64,000 bases of DNA from Candidatus Obscuribacterales bacterium (GCA_965228855.1 CBDDIJ010000003.1:1344001-1408000); one strand, 5' to 3'. Numbered from the stretch's first letter, positions 10,872 to 21,266 are shown. Notes: generated by a model from the letters alone, not told the origin. Numbers and translations: made by a program.

Positions 10872-10991
10872 GTGATCCTGAGGCGCACCGAAAACGTTGG
10901 TTGGTTAAGCCAGGAGTGAATTTTGCCGGGAAATTAGATACCGAGAGATTGAATCTTATAAGATATTCCCCGAGGAAAGCAGCTTTTAGCG

Positions 10992-11879
10992 ATGGACACC
11001 CCCTTAAAGGCAGTTGAGTTTTTTAGCGGTCTCGGCGCATTCGCCGAGGCGTGCCGCTTTTCGGGCATTAATGTTGTTGCTGCTTTCGATCAAAATGAAC
11101 ACGCAAACAAAGTTTATGAGTCGAATTTCGACCTTTCACCTGACGTCCGGAATATTGAAACATTACGTGCGACGGACGTTCCTGTCTCATCTATCTGGTG
11201 GATGAGTCCGCCGTGCACACCCTTCAGCCGCCGCGGCAAGCAGAAAGACGATGAAGACCCCCGCGCCAAAGCCTTATTACGATTGCTTGAAATTCTTCCT
11301 GAGCGAACTCCGGATTATTTTTTTATGGAGAACGTCGAGGGTTTCATCGGGTCAAGAAGCGAAGAGCGTCTGAAGGCGCTTCTCGAACGCCTTGGGTATA
11401 AACAGAGCTCGTTCAACATCTGTTCCTCTATGTTTGGAGTTCCAATGCGGCGTCCTCGTTTCTTTCTGTCCGCATCGCGTCTGCTTCAGCCAAAACCACC
11501 TGAGCTTGATCCATTATCGGAAGAAAGACTACTGAGCGATTTCCTGACCGAAAGCATTGATGAAGACTTGCGCTTACCCGACGGCGAACTTGAAAAATAT
11601 GATGCGGTTTTGAACATTGTTGATCCAGATAAGAAAGACGCCTATGTAATCTGTTTTACTCGCGGCTATTTCAAATGCCGCAAAGCAAGCGGGTCTCTGA
11701 TCCGGTTGCCGGATGGTGGTGCGCGATTTGTTTCTCCGGTGGAGATGCTCGATCTTTTTGGTTTCTCATCCACCTACAAATTTCCGGCGGAACTTTCCAA
11801 GCAAGTGTGCTGGCGATTGATCGGAAATTCTGTGGATGTTCGGGCCGTACGAGCTGTTTTGGCTACTGTCGGTCTCTAG
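10992..11879 (+). CDS. C5-cytosine methyltransferase of the Dnmt2/TRDMT1 type
   Basis: Motif I EFFSGLG, motif IV SPPCTPF, motif VI ENV, motif VIII RxRFF, CFTRGY signature and motif X IGNSV. Confidence 0.88.
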   Translation: MDTPLKAVEFFSGLGAFAEACRFSGINVVAAFDQNEHANKVYESNFDLSPDVRNIETLRATDVPVSSIWWMSPPCTPFSRRGKQKDDEDPRAKALLRLLEILPERTPDYFFMENVEGFIGSRSEERLKALLERLGYKQSSFNICSSMFGVPMRRPRFFLSASRLLQPKPPELDPLSEERLLSDFLTESIDEDLRLPDGELEKYDAVLNIVDPDKKDAYVICFTRGYFKCRKASGSLIRLPDGGARFVSPVEMLDLFGFSSTYKFPAELSKQVCWRLIGNSVDVRAVRAVLATVGL

Positions 11880-12052
11880 CTCTGTTGAATTGAACAGTTA
11901 CTGTCTGCTTTGATGCTTGTACTATCGAGGCTGAATTAATCGTCGATTGCGTTGATTCGGTATCTAGAGTTACAAAGCCTGTAACGGGGAATGATTGATG
12001 GAGCATATGAGGTTCGATTTCTCGAGTTCAATTTCAGGAATTTCGTCTAGAT

Positions 12053-13117
12053 ATGTCCGACGATAAAAGCAAGTCTACGAGAATTGACTCCGGCGAAGAT
12101 CGGACTGGCGATGTTCGACGTGACCGGGGACCGGGTTCGGCCGACAGTGTTAATTTGTCGGAAAAACGAGTGACTGCAGTTGAGCGAGCAGCAAGAGAGT
12201 TGTACAGACCAGCCGCAAGTCACGCCTATGAAAGCGCCGGTGATTTGTCCGCCGTCACTTCCGCATACGAATCCGCACGTCTGGGCGATGCTCTTTCGCG
12301 CGCTGCGATTGGACTGAATCACATCAATGACTCGCTCTTAGAGATTCGGCGAAGCCCGCATGCTCGTTATATGCTCGGTTCCGAATTTGCCATCGTTGCG
12401 ATCGTTGCTATTGCCGGCATCGCGAAGCGGAGAGCCGATCTGAGCCAATCGGAAATCAAAGCAGTAGTTGATGGCGATGAGAGTGGAAATGGTGAACTCA
12501 TCTATCGCGCTCAAAGGAAGAAAAGTAATCCTGTTGAGCGGGCTTTGAAACGACAAGATCCGTTGTCTGAGTTCGCCGGCAATCATCCGATTCCCGGCAG
12601 AGAGTATGGCAAGGGACGGAACATCCCGGATTGGTTGATCAGTTTGGACACGAGTGTCGCTAAGGAAGCTGGTTATCTGTTCAACTCAGTTTTGAGACGT
12701 CCGACTGTGCTTATGACATTGTCTGACACTTTTGTTTCGCTGGGCGAGCAGCACTTCTTCGACGGTCTTTTATCCTGGCTTATCGTTGATTTAAATAAGA
12801 ACAAGGTTACCGAATTCTGGAAAGGCGCAACTAAAGTGGTCGCGATTGCAAACGGCGAGTCGATTGAATTGCCGGTATGGGAAGACATTGTCGAGTTCTA
12901 TCAAAACAAACCTAAACAAGCAAAACCGGATAATTTGCTAACGGTGGTTTTAAAACGAAATCTGGATCGAGAATTGATAGAAGCGGCGCTTGCGGATGTT
13001 GTCCTTCCTGGTGACGCGAAAATAATTCAAGGTAACCGGATGGACTTGAAGAGCCAAAGCGACGAATCTGTGGTTCGCCTCGAAGACATTCTTCCCACTA
13101 TGTTCCGTGATGACTAG
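12053..13117 (+). CDS. Hypothetical protein with possible degenerate LysM-like C-terminal domain
   Basis: 354 aa ORF; the segment DTFVSLGEQHFFDGLLSWLIVDLN...ESIELP resembles LysM spacing. Confidence 0.55.
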   Translation: MSDDKSKSTRIDSGEDRTGDVRRDRGPGSADSVNLSEKRVTAVERAARELYRPAASHAYESAGDLSAVTSAYESARLGDALSRAAIGLNHINDSLLEIRRSPHARYMLGSEFAIVAIVAIAGIAKRRADLSQSEIKAVVDGDESGNGELIYRAQRKKSNPVERALKRQDPLSEFAGNHPIPGREYGKGRNIPDWLISLDTSVAKEAGYLFNSVLRRPTVLMTLSDTFVSLGEQHFFDGLLSWLIVDLNKNKVTEFWKGATKVVAIANGESIELPVWEDIVEFYQNKPKQAKPDNLLTVVLKRNLDRELIEAALADVVLPGDAKIIQGNRMDLKSQSDESVVRLEDILPTMFRDD

Positions 13118-13120
13118 AGT

Positions 13121-13867
13121 CTAGATATTCGAGTAATCAAACTCGTCTTCTAACCAATCCCAAATTTCGTTGTCCAGCTTTGGCAGGTCATCGGGGTCTA
13201 CAAGACCTCGTCGAATGCCCTCATAAACTATTCGTGTTCTCGGATTGAAAATCTCCATGCCGGCCGATTCGCGAAGATGGGCGTCCTGACCCTTTACGAG
13301 TTTGCCGAGGAGCATCGATAGTCGATTTTGGACGCCGCGGACGCTGATATGACGTCGTTGAGCGATAGCCCGATCCGTCATTCCGATAGCCACATCCAGC
13401 AGTGTCTCGTATTCAGTATCGCTCAAAGAATCGTCCTTCGATTTGAGTCGATTCTGGACCCCCTGAACGACCGGATCAATGTAGGGATCGCCTTTGGTCA
13501 AGACGCTTTCGATAGCAAATGCTAACTTGTCGTCGGATTCACCTTTGAGTAAGTAGCCGTGAATAGCATCGTCTGGAACAATTCGTCCCAAGGTTCTCAC
13601 GTATGCCTCTCGATGATATTGAGACCAGAACAGGATGCGCGCCTGCTTATTTGCTTCCCAAATTTCTTCTGCCGCTTTGACACCATTGAGTTCCGGCATC
13701 GATATGTCCATTATGGTCAGGTCCGGCGCGGTCGACTTCGCCAGTTGCACGCCTTCAAGACCGTTGGAGGCCTCGACAATCTCTATCCCCTCTCCGAAAA
13801 CCTTGAGCACTACCTGACGAGCATGAGCTCGCAATGCCGGCATGTCTTCGACAATCAAAATGCGCAA
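13121..13867 (-). CDS. NarL/LuxR-family response regulator
   Basis: ILIVED, PDLTIMDISMP..NG, GYLLK and a C-terminal LuxR-type HTH (LSDTEYETL..IAQRRHISVRGVQN). Confidence 0.92.
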   Translation of the reverse strand: MRILIVEDMPALRAHARQVVLKVFGEGIEIVEASNGLEGVQLAKSTAPDLTIMDISMPELNGVKAAEEIWEANKQARILFWSQYHREAYVRTLGRIVPDDAIHGYLLKGESDDKLAFAIESVLTKGDPYIDPVVQGVQNRLKSKDDSLSDTEYETLLDVAIGMTDRAIAQRRHISVRGVQNRLSMLLGKLVKGQDAHLRESAGMEIFNPRTRIVYEGIRRGLVDPDDLPKLDNEIWDWLEDEFDYSNI

Positions 13868-13905
13868 GCGAAATCTCCTTGCTTTTGCTGTGTTTCAACA
13901 TTTTA

Positions 13906-15036
13906 TCACTTGGGTTTTGTAATAGTGATGTCCACTCTGGTGCCTTTATCGCCGTCGCCGGTAAGCCAGAGTACCTGCGCATTTATGAGGCTTGCTCTCT
14001 GCTGCATATACCTTAACCCACGAGATTGTGTCGAGCGGGCCGATGCATTAATACCGACTCCATCATCTATTATGCTAATCTTCAGAATGCCACCGTCAGC
14101 GGTGACAAGACATTTGACGGTAGTGGCTTGGGAGTGCTTGCAGATGTTAGTTACGGATTCTTGAACGAGTCTATAGAGCAGGGTAGTTTCGATCTCATTG
14201 AAAACAGCGAATTCTCCCGAATCAACGCTTGACCTAAAACGCACCTTGTACCCTGCTCGCTCCGCGCCGCTTCTGATACAGTCTTCGATTGCGTCCACAA
14301 ATCCTAAGTGCTTAAGAACCGCAGGCGAAAGGCTGTCCATTACCTCGCGAATCTGGTTCATCGAGGTAACTATCAATTCGTCCATCTCCTTTTTTTTGTC
14401 ATCTTCAATTGAGGTCAGTAGTGATGCTTTTTCACGCAGCATCTTCAAATCATTGAGAACTTGATCGTGGAGATCAGCTGCTAAAACTCGGCGCTCAATC
14501 TCATCGTCCTTGACCAACTGAATTTTCGATTCCAATAGTTCTTGTCGGATAGTATCCAGAGCAGAATCCTTGGCTTTGAGCTGAAGCCGGGTGTCTTTGG
14601 TTCGTTTGATGAAGGCTCCGTATATCAATCCGAGTCCCGAAGCTATCGTCAGAGAAAGAGGCATGGCAAGTTGATCGGTGCTGTTTGGGAACAAGGTCTT
14701 TTGCACGAGATGAAGCACCATATTTAGTGCGACGAATTGTATAAATACAATCCACCTGAGCTTCTGACTGACCTTGTATGCTACCACTGTCGCGGAGACC
14801 GCGAAACTACATATGATACCAATGCGCATAAGCGCGGCACCTAAAGATGTTTCTGGTGCTGCGATGGCTGAAGGTCCTGGCTGTCCGAACAAATTGTGAG
14901 ATAAAGCCTGTTCGAGCCAGATGAATTTTTCGGAAAATAGCCAGGCAATTACCGAACTCGCTAAAATTCCGGATGCAAGCGTAAGTGTGTCATTTTGATT
15001 TTGCGGGCGCAGCTTTTGCTGCGGATTTGCTTGCAT
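13906..15036 (-). CDS. Membrane sensor histidine kinase (HisKA_3/NarX type)
   Basis: About 4 TMs; ERRVLAADLHD H-box, QESVTNICKHS N-box, DDGVG, GLRYMQQRA, GTRV. Confidence 0.92.
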   Translation of the reverse strand: MQANPQQKLRPQNQNDTLTLASGILASSVIAWLFSEKFIWLEQALSHNLFGQPGPSAIAAPETSLGAALMRIGIICSFAVSATVVAYKVSQKLRWIVFIQFVALNMVLHLVQKTLFPNSTDQLAMPLSLTIASGLGLIYGAFIKRTKDTRLQLKAKDSALDTIRQELLESKIQLVKDDEIERRVLAADLHDQVLNDLKMLREKASLLTSIEDDKKKEMDELIVTSMNQIREVMDSLSPAVLKHLGFVDAIEDCIRSGAERAGYKVRFRSSVDSGEFAVFNEIETTLLYRLVQESVTNICKHSQATTVKCLVTADGGILKISIIDDGVGINASARSTQSRGLRYMQQRASLINAQVLWLTGDGDKGTRVDITITKPK

Positions 15037-15934
15037 CTGGTTTTACAGCCGGCGCTGGGGGAGAGGTTTTCGTAGGAGAGGTCGGTTTCGGACTGGTTAA
15101 ACTCTTCGCAATCCAATATTCCACACTGTTCTGCGTTCCCGTCTTAACCACCCAGTCTAAATGAGTCTGTGCGAGTTTTTTTTCTTTACCGGTGAGGTAT
15201 TTGAGAGCGAGAAAGCAGTGCGCTTGAGTGCTGTCGTAGTCGCTGCTTTCAGCCTCTTCCAGTAGCTCCTTTCCACTAAGTTTTCCGGTGAGGAATTTCA
15301 GCGCCGGATAAGGCCACTTCAGGCGATCGGTTTTCTTGAGAGCCTCCTCCAAGAGAGCGTTTCCTGGAGCGGGATTTCCTCCCTGACGATAACCCAGGGC
15401 TGCGAGAACGCTTGCGTGACCTGCGTATTCGCCTTTCCAATCGGTCTTTCGCAGCCAACTTTCAATCTTTCTGGCCGATTCGATCCCGCTTCCCTTCGCC
15501 AGTGATGCGCCTGCTCGGTTTAGATAGGCAATAGGCTGGTTGGGATCGATCTCGATAGCTTTGTCGAAATCTTTGATGGCAAGTGGCAGGTCGTCCTCGC
15601 GAAAGTGTGTAACTCCGCGATTGTTGAAGGCAAGATAGTTGGTTGGAGTTAGTTTGATTGCACTATTGAAATCAGCTATGGCGAGAGCGTATTTGCGAAG
15701 CCCATTGTAGGCCGTGCCTCTATCTACGAGTGTGGCGGCGCTATTCGGATCGAGCTTCAAGGAGGCGTTGAATTCTTTGAGAGCCAATTCGAAGTTTTGA
15801 TTCACCAGGAAATTTTTTCCGAGTTTGTGGTGATCCTCGGACTCCGGGCTCGCGTTTGCCGGACTTCTTGTGGAAGGAAGCAAGCCAAGAAGCAGGATTA
15901 GCGCCAGGAGCGCCGATGCGGAAAACTTCGTCAT
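14990..15934 (-). CDS. Exported TPR protein (NlpI-like)
   Basis: Signal peptide and canonical TPRs (AIADFNSAIKLTP, AIKDFDKAIEIDP). Likely start 15934; overlaps the kinase gene start. Confidence 0.85.
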   Translation of the reverse strand: MTKFSASALLALILLLGLLPSTRSPANASPESEDHHKLGKNFLVNQNFELALKEFNASLKLDPNSAATLVDRGTAYNGLRKYALAIADFNSAIKLTPTNYLAFNNRGVTHFREDDLPLAIKDFDKAIEIDPNQPIAYLNRAGASLAKGSGIESARKIESWLRKTDWKGEYAGHASVLAALGYRQGGNPAPGNALLEEALKKTDRLKWPYPALKFLTGKLSGKELLEEAESSDYDSTQAHCFLALKYLTGKEKKLAQTHLDWVVKTGTQNSVEYWIAKSLTSPKPTSPTKTSPPAPAVKPDASKSAAKAAPAKSK

Positions 15935-16209
15935 GGTTTCTCTTTCGTTTTTTCGAAATAGATTATTGGACACGAGAGTTATTGTATTTCGCCATTTCGA
16001 CTGATGCAGCGCGGTTATGTAAAAAACCATTCATATCATTCGGGGTGAAAACGTAGTCAATCGCTTTATTGCGTTATATGGGGGTATATCGTAATAAGCA
16101 ACGACGGATTCTGATTCTCAAGAAGTTGCCGATAAACATTCACGAATCAGAACATCGGGAGGTCAGCAATGGCCGGTGTCCAGATCTCGCAAGACTCCAG
16201 GAGACTCTA

Positions 16210-18297
16210 ATGACTACTTGGACGAACATGTCCAGTGATCCGAGTTCAGACGAAAGGGTCTTGAGGGACGCACAAAAGACTATCGAAAAGGTTGTCGAGG
16301 CTGCTCGAGTAGCGCTTGATGACGAACTTGCCGTGCAGCAGATGGAGTACGACCAGGTCTACGGGCTCAACTCCATGCAGTTCGCCATGTATCAGACGCT
16401 TGTCATGACATTTTTCCAAGACCATCAGATGCTTGCGAGTTTGAATTTGAAACGTTCTCAAAGAGACTTGTCTCCAGGTGTCAACGAGTCTAAACGGGCT
16501 CAGCTCATGGAGGTTATCGCGCAACGCGTCTCAACTGGTGCTCAGTCGACTGGACAACCGGGTGGAGCAGGGCAGACTCAAATGCCGGCGCCTCAGGTCC
16601 CGGCTCAGCCGAGCGCCTGGTCCAGCGGAGGAGCGCAGACCCCTCCACCTGCCTGGGGGCAGCCGCCGGTCAATGCGGTGACCAACTCAAACGCAAGTTG
16701 GCTTGATCAAGCCGCACCACAGGCGGCAGCAGAGACGTCGGCCGGAGATTGGCTCAGCACGCCCGGAACGACGGAGCGACCGCCGTCTTCTGCCTGGCCG
16801 ACGGCAGGCGAGGGCGCCCAAGACGCATCCAATTGGACTTTGAAGCCTGGCGGCGGACAATTGCCCGTAGGTCAAGGTAGTTCGGAGTCAAATGGCGGGT
16901 GGAACTCAACGCCGACTGCTTGGCCATCCGACACGTCAAAGAGCGGTGAAGGAGCTTGGCCCCAGCCGGAAGCAGCAACCGCTACTGAGAGTAATGAGAC
17001 GGCGAGCGCGTGGCCGACACCTCCTGCGGCTCCAATTCCAACGAGCTCTTGGCCGGAACAGCCAGGTGCGAACAAACAGCTACCTCCTGCTGCATGGCCC
17101 GCATCCAATTCCGGGGGACCTCCAAGAAATATCGAGCCCTCCGCACCACAGGCTGGACCATCTGATGTTATGAAACCAGCCTGGACCACGCCGATCGGGG
17201 ACAGTGGCCAATCGGGAACTTGGACCATGGATTCGAAGCCAGGCGGACCGCCGGCGCCAGCCTGGTCGTCTCCGGCTGCACAAGAGCCGCAGTCAAACAA
17301 CTGGAACGCGCAGCAACCGTCAACTCCTCAGACTCCGGCTCCAGCCGCCTCCTGGTCAGAGCAAATGCCTTCCCAGAGCACGTGGAACAACGCCACCACA
17401 GCTGGTGACTTGCCGAAGCCGGCTTGGCAAAGCAACTCGGGCGCAGCAGCTGTTCCACCCGCCCAACCGGCAAACCAGCCCTGGCAAACGCCGGTCACTA
17501 GTAATCAACAGTATCAGTCCGGTCCCAATCAAGCAGCATCTCCTGCGCCAGCTCAGCCGTGGCAGCAACAAACTCCACCGGTAGCTCCAGTGAACTCTCC
17601 GCAAGTTTCCCAGCAGCCTTGGCAAGCACCGTCCGACGGACCTCCGCAGCCGGCGTGGCAACCGCAAAGTTCGCAGACGCCACAGCCCCAGCCATGGCAA
17701 GGAGGAGCACCGCAGGCGCCAGCACAGCAGTTCCAACAACCCGGTCAGCCATGGACGCCTCCAGTAGCTCCGTCCCAACAAATCGCGCAGCAGCAACCAC
17801 AGCAATCACCGCAGCCCTGGATGCCTCCTGGTCCGCCGACCGCCTCTATGACCGGAATTCCACCAGCTAATGGCGTTCCTCAACCAGGTTCAAACGGAAA
17901 TTACGGACAACAGGGTTCCAACGGTACCCAGCCGCCGGCACCGGCGTGGCAGACGGGCGCTGGAATGACACCACCTGTGATGCCTCAGCCTCAACCTGCT
18001 TATCAATCGAATACGCCGCCATACCCAGCGGCGCAGGATTATCAAAATCCAGCTGTTCAACAACCTCCAAATTACCAGACTCAGGGGCAAGTTCCTCAGC
18101 AGGCATATCAGCAACAGCCGCCCAACGGTAGCACGGAAGATATGAGTATCTCGTTCAGTCAGCAAGCACCCCAGGGGCAGAATGGTGCCACCTTGGGCGG
18201 TGTCTTGAGGCAAATGCGCAGTTTCGATCCGGCAAGAAAACGCAGTGATGATGAACAAAATCAAGGCGAGTCTTACAACCCTAATAATGCCTGGTGA
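16210..18297 (+). CDS. Protein with a short helical N-terminal domain and a long Pro/Gln/Ser-rich disordered region punctuated by Trp
   Basis: Long ORF (track start 16069; likely ATG 16210 after GGAG); repeated AW/PW/QPW motifs. Confidence 0.75.
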   Translation: MTTWTNMSSDPSSDERVLRDAQKTIEKVVEAARVALDDELAVQQMEYDQVYGLNSMQFAMYQTLVMTFFQDHQMLASLNLKRSQRDLSPGVNESKRAQLMEVIAQRVSTGAQSTGQPGGAGQTQMPAPQVPAQPSAWSSGGAQTPPPAWGQPPVNAVTNSNASWLDQAAPQAAAETSAGDWLSTPGTTERPPSSAWPTAGEGAQDASNWTLKPGGGQLPVGQGSSESNGGWNSTPTAWPSDTSKSGEGAWPQPEAATATESNETASAWPTPPAAPIPTSSWPEQPGANKQLPPAAWPASNSGGPPRNIEPSAPQAGPSDVMKPAWTTPIGDSGQSGTWTMDSKPGGPPAPAWSSPAAQEPQSNNWNAQQPSTPQTPAPAASWSEQMPSQSTWNNATTAGDLPKPAWQSNSGAAAVPPAQPANQPWQTPVTSNQQYQSGPNQAASPAPAQPWQQQTPPVAPVNSPQVSQQPWQAPSDGPPQPAWQPQSSQTPQPQPWQGGAPQAPAQQFQQPGQPWTPPVAPSQQIAQQQPQQSPQPWMPPGPPTASMTGIPPANGVPQPGSNGNYGQQGSNGTQPPAPAWQTGAGMTPPVMPQPQPAYQSNTPPYPAAQDYQNPAVQQPPNYQTQGQVPQQAYQQQPPNGSTEDMSISFSQQAPQGQNGATLGGVLRQMRSFDPARKRSDDEQNQGESYNPNNAW

Positions 18298-18320
18298 GAC
18301 TCAACCGGTTCGTCACTCGG

Positions 18321-20330
18321 TTATCCCATAGATTGTCTTGCTTGCACGAGAGCGGCGCGCAGTTCTTCCATACTGCTGAATCGATTGGCCGGCTTCTTTT
18401 CCAGTGCTTTGAAAATCACCTGTTCAAGTGCGAACGGAATGTGTATGTCTGGTCTTGCAACAGAAATTCTGTCAGGGACGACATTGACGTGCTTGAAAAT
18501 AGTTTTGACGACGTTCTCGGCCATTATCGGCGGTTTGCCTGTGATGCCCTGATACATCACGCAGCCAAGCGAGTAGATATCGGTCCGGACGTCTAACTCC
18601 TCGCCCATGCATTGTTCCGGGCTCATGTAGAGTGGGCTTCCGAGAATGTCTCCTGTTTGGGTGAGTTCTTGGGCTTCCAGACCACGCGGATCGATTACCT
18701 TTGCAATGCCAAAGTCTACAACCTTCACAAGATCTGGTGTTTCTGAGTTCTTGACGATTAAAATATTGCTTGGCTTTATATCACGATGGATTACCCCTTT
18801 TGAGTGCGCGTGAATCAATGCCGCGCACACCTGATCGAAGATAGGGAAGAAGCGACCTGGAGGAAGACCTCCTTGTTTTCCGAACTCGTCCTGCAAAGTT
18901 ACTCCCTCGATCAGTTCCATCACCAGATACGGTATCTCTTTCTTTGTGATGCCATAATCGTGCACAACGACAAGGTTCGGGTGCTTAAGAGCTGCTGCGG
19001 CTTTCGCTTCACGGTCGAAACGCTGTCGATTATTCCCGATGTCTGCGACATGAGGGTGCAAAATTTTGATAGCCAGCAGCGCATTTGTTTTTCGGTGCCT
19101 GCTTTTGTAAATTGCACCCATGCCACCTATGCTGATTCTGGCTATGAGTTGATACTGCTCCGGCAAATCAATAGAGTCAGTAGTCGCCAACTTGCCACTG
19201 GAAGCCAGTCCGTATGGAATTTGCCCGGAATCGCCCGGGATTGTTTCTCCATTGTCTATGCCTAACTCGGCGGCAAAAAGTTTTGCAAGCTTCGGGGGAT
19301 TATGGTGGTTTATCAGAGATTGAGACAGAATTGCGACCGCCATATTAGCACTTGAGCTTTTGTCGAAATGCATACGCCTGAAATTCGCATTTGCGAGTCT
19401 GCGTCTATCCAAAACGAAGTCCCATAGCCCGCCCAGACCTGATGTAGAGTCGCCCCGCTTGGGTAGCTTAAATTCGGAAGCTTTCGGAAACCATCTCATT
19501 TTGATCCATGTATCAATCAGGATGGCACCGAATATGGTTCCGATCAAAACGTACGGAGTTGCAAAACCTTTTGCGGTGACCATTGAGAAAAATCCTCCAA
19601 TGGCACTATTATTCGAGTTGTAGTTTACGGAAGCCGTATGGTCTAGAACGGCGTAAGCAAATCCTAACGACGCAATGATGATTGCGGTATTCTTTTTATG
19701 ACTCATCAACAGAGCCAGACCCAGAAATACTGATGCTATCGCGGTCCATACGGCATGTCCGGCGGAGAGATACTGCCAGTTTACGAAGTCGGCAGTGGGG
19801 AGCCATTGCAATTTGTGAGTCCATTGAACGTGAACGTGCTTAAATGCATCGTACACAAAAGCGAAACCAGCTCCTGATGCTGCACCCATTATCATAACGT
19901 CGGTAACGCCCAGAGTCCAAACTGAGAATTTTTTCGCTCTTGCGAAGAATAAAAAAAGTGGTACCAGTTTCAGTGCTTCTTCGATAAACGGCAACACGAA
20001 CGTACTTGCAGGATCCAAAAATGTACCGTCGATACTCTTTTCGAGTGCGCCGACTAAACCCATCATTACTGCTCCGGAAAAGAACATCAGAGCGACTGTT
20101 CTAATCGGAACTGTGCGAGTGAAACTACCCATCAAAATCAGTCCAATCAAAAATGCCAGGTTAAGCGCTAACGCTGTAATTCCTGTTGGAGCTCCCGTTG
20201 CTATAAATGTGAGGCTGAGCCAACCAGCGATACCGATCCACAACACAATCCAGCGCACCGGGACTTTGGATGCTCCTATTGGAACAACTCCCCAGCTGTT
20301 GTCGGTTTTCGGTGCTTCCGCTTGTTTCAT
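18321..20330 (-). CDS. PrsW-family intramembrane protease-like domain fused to a C-terminal Ser/Thr kinase
   Basis: Multi-TM N-terminus with FIEEALK, GAGFAFVYD and GHAVWT; kinase motifs IGGMGAIY, AIK, HRDIKPSN, DFG, YMSPE. Confidence 0.85.
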   Translation of the reverse strand: MKQAEAPKTDNSWGVVPIGASKVPVRWIVLWIGIAGWLSLTFIATGAPTGITALALNLAFLIGLILMGSFTRTVPIRTVALMFFSGAVMMGLVGALEKSIDGTFLDPASTFVLPFIEEALKLVPLFLFFARAKKFSVWTLGVTDVMIMGAASGAGFAFVYDAFKHVHVQWTHKLQWLPTADFVNWQYLSAGHAVWTAIASVFLGLALLMSHKKNTAIIIASLGFAYAVLDHTASVNYNSNNSAIGGFFSMVTAKGFATPYVLIGTIFGAILIDTWIKMRWFPKASEFKLPKRGDSTSGLGGLWDFVLDRRRLANANFRRMHFDKSSSANMAVAILSQSLINHHNPPKLAKLFAAELGIDNGETIPGDSGQIPYGLASSGKLATTDSIDLPEQYQLIARISIGGMGAIYKSRHRKTNALLAIKILHPHVADIGNNRQRFDREAKAAAALKHPNLVVVHDYGITKKEIPYLVMELIEGVTLQDEFGKQGGLPPGRFFPIFDQVCAALIHAHSKGVIHRDIKPSNILIVKNSETPDLVKVVDFGIAKVIDPRGLEAQELTQTGDILGSPLYMSPEQCMGEELDVRTDIYSLGCVMYQGITGKPPIMAENVVKTIFKHVNVVPDRISVARPDIHIPFALEQVIFKALEKKPANRFSSMEELRAALVQARQSMG

Positions 20331-21152
20331 TTAGTCTCTGGAATTGCGATTTCTCGATCTGCTGGAAGGTGGTTTTCTTCGCTCTGCTGTACTTCTGCTA
20401 CGCGATGGTACGGAGGTATCCGCGTCATCAGAAGAGGAAGCCCGTTTTACCGGCTCCGGCTTCTCCGATTTCTTCTGGCTCTGTTTGACATTCGTGGGTT
20501 TGTCGATGGCTCCGGAAGTGGTATCGTCAGCGGTGCTTTCCGCCGACGGAGTCAAAATTGTTTTCATAAGACCCGCCAGGAAAGGAGCACGCTCGCTTTC
20601 CATCTTTCCGGTGCGAGTAGCGCTTAGATAGGCTTCTGTCGCCATGGTTTGACCGACATTCTCTGAGACTGCGATTGTGGAAGAGACGCGATATTCGTTT
20701 AAGATTGCCAGTGCGACATCATACTTGCCCCGTGGCGATAGAAACCCATCTACGTAGGTGCGTTGTAGAATCAGAAGATTATCCTGAGCTAGAGCCGCTT
20801 TGCGTTCTGCTGCAAAATCGTATGCGCTTGCTATAGTAGGTTGAACCTGATCGAAAGGAATCTCCGGTATACCAGGAGCTTCAGCAACGGTTTCGGTAAC
20901 TACGGGAGAACCAAACCCCCGACTCGGTATTTCTACGCTAGGTTTGGCGGGGTCTTTCGCTGGGGGCGCTCCTGGAGACTCAGGTGCCACGTTGGACGGT
21001 TTGTCCGTATCCAGCAATTCCTCGTCTTCTACAAACATCCTTTTCGGTTTGGGCGGACGCCGCCCAAGCTCAACGGCAAGAGAAACGCAAGCCAAAAGTG
21101 CAAACAAAGCGGCAAATAGCCCGCTGCTTTCCACGATTGTGCCCACGTCCAT
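20331..21152 (-). CDS. Hypothetical membrane-anchored protein
   Basis: N-terminal TM and disordered flanks; its stop abuts the start of the PrsW-kinase gene. Confidence 0.7.
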   Translation of the reverse strand: MDVGTIVESSGLFAALFALLACVSLAVELGRRPPKPKRMFVEDEELLDTDKPSNVAPESPGAPPAKDPAKPSVEIPSRGFGSPVVTETVAEAPGIPEIPFDQVQPTIASAYDFAAERKAALAQDNLLILQRTYVDGFLSPRGKYDVALAILNEYRVSSTIAVSENVGQTMATEAYLSATRTGKMESERAPFLAGLMKTILTPSAESTADDTTSGAIDKPTNVKQSQKKSEKPEPVKRASSSDDADTSVPSRSRSTAERRKPPSSRSRNRNSRD

Positions 21153-21266
21153 ACCCGGTCCGTCTCCAGTAGGTAGCTTCTGATAATTAGAGGCTGCGCC
21201 TCATACCATCTCTTACCAATCTGCTCATTATGTTAGACATCTAACCATATAGAACGTCTCGATCCT

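Noticed and set aside
10992..13117. Type II restriction-modification pair
   Set aside because: The methylase has the Dnmt2 signature, and the downstream ORF shows no nuclease motif and is separated by about 170 bp.
16246..18264. Many overlapping alternative-frame ORFs
   Set aside because: Expected by-product of stop-poor, low-complexity Pro/Gln coding sequence.
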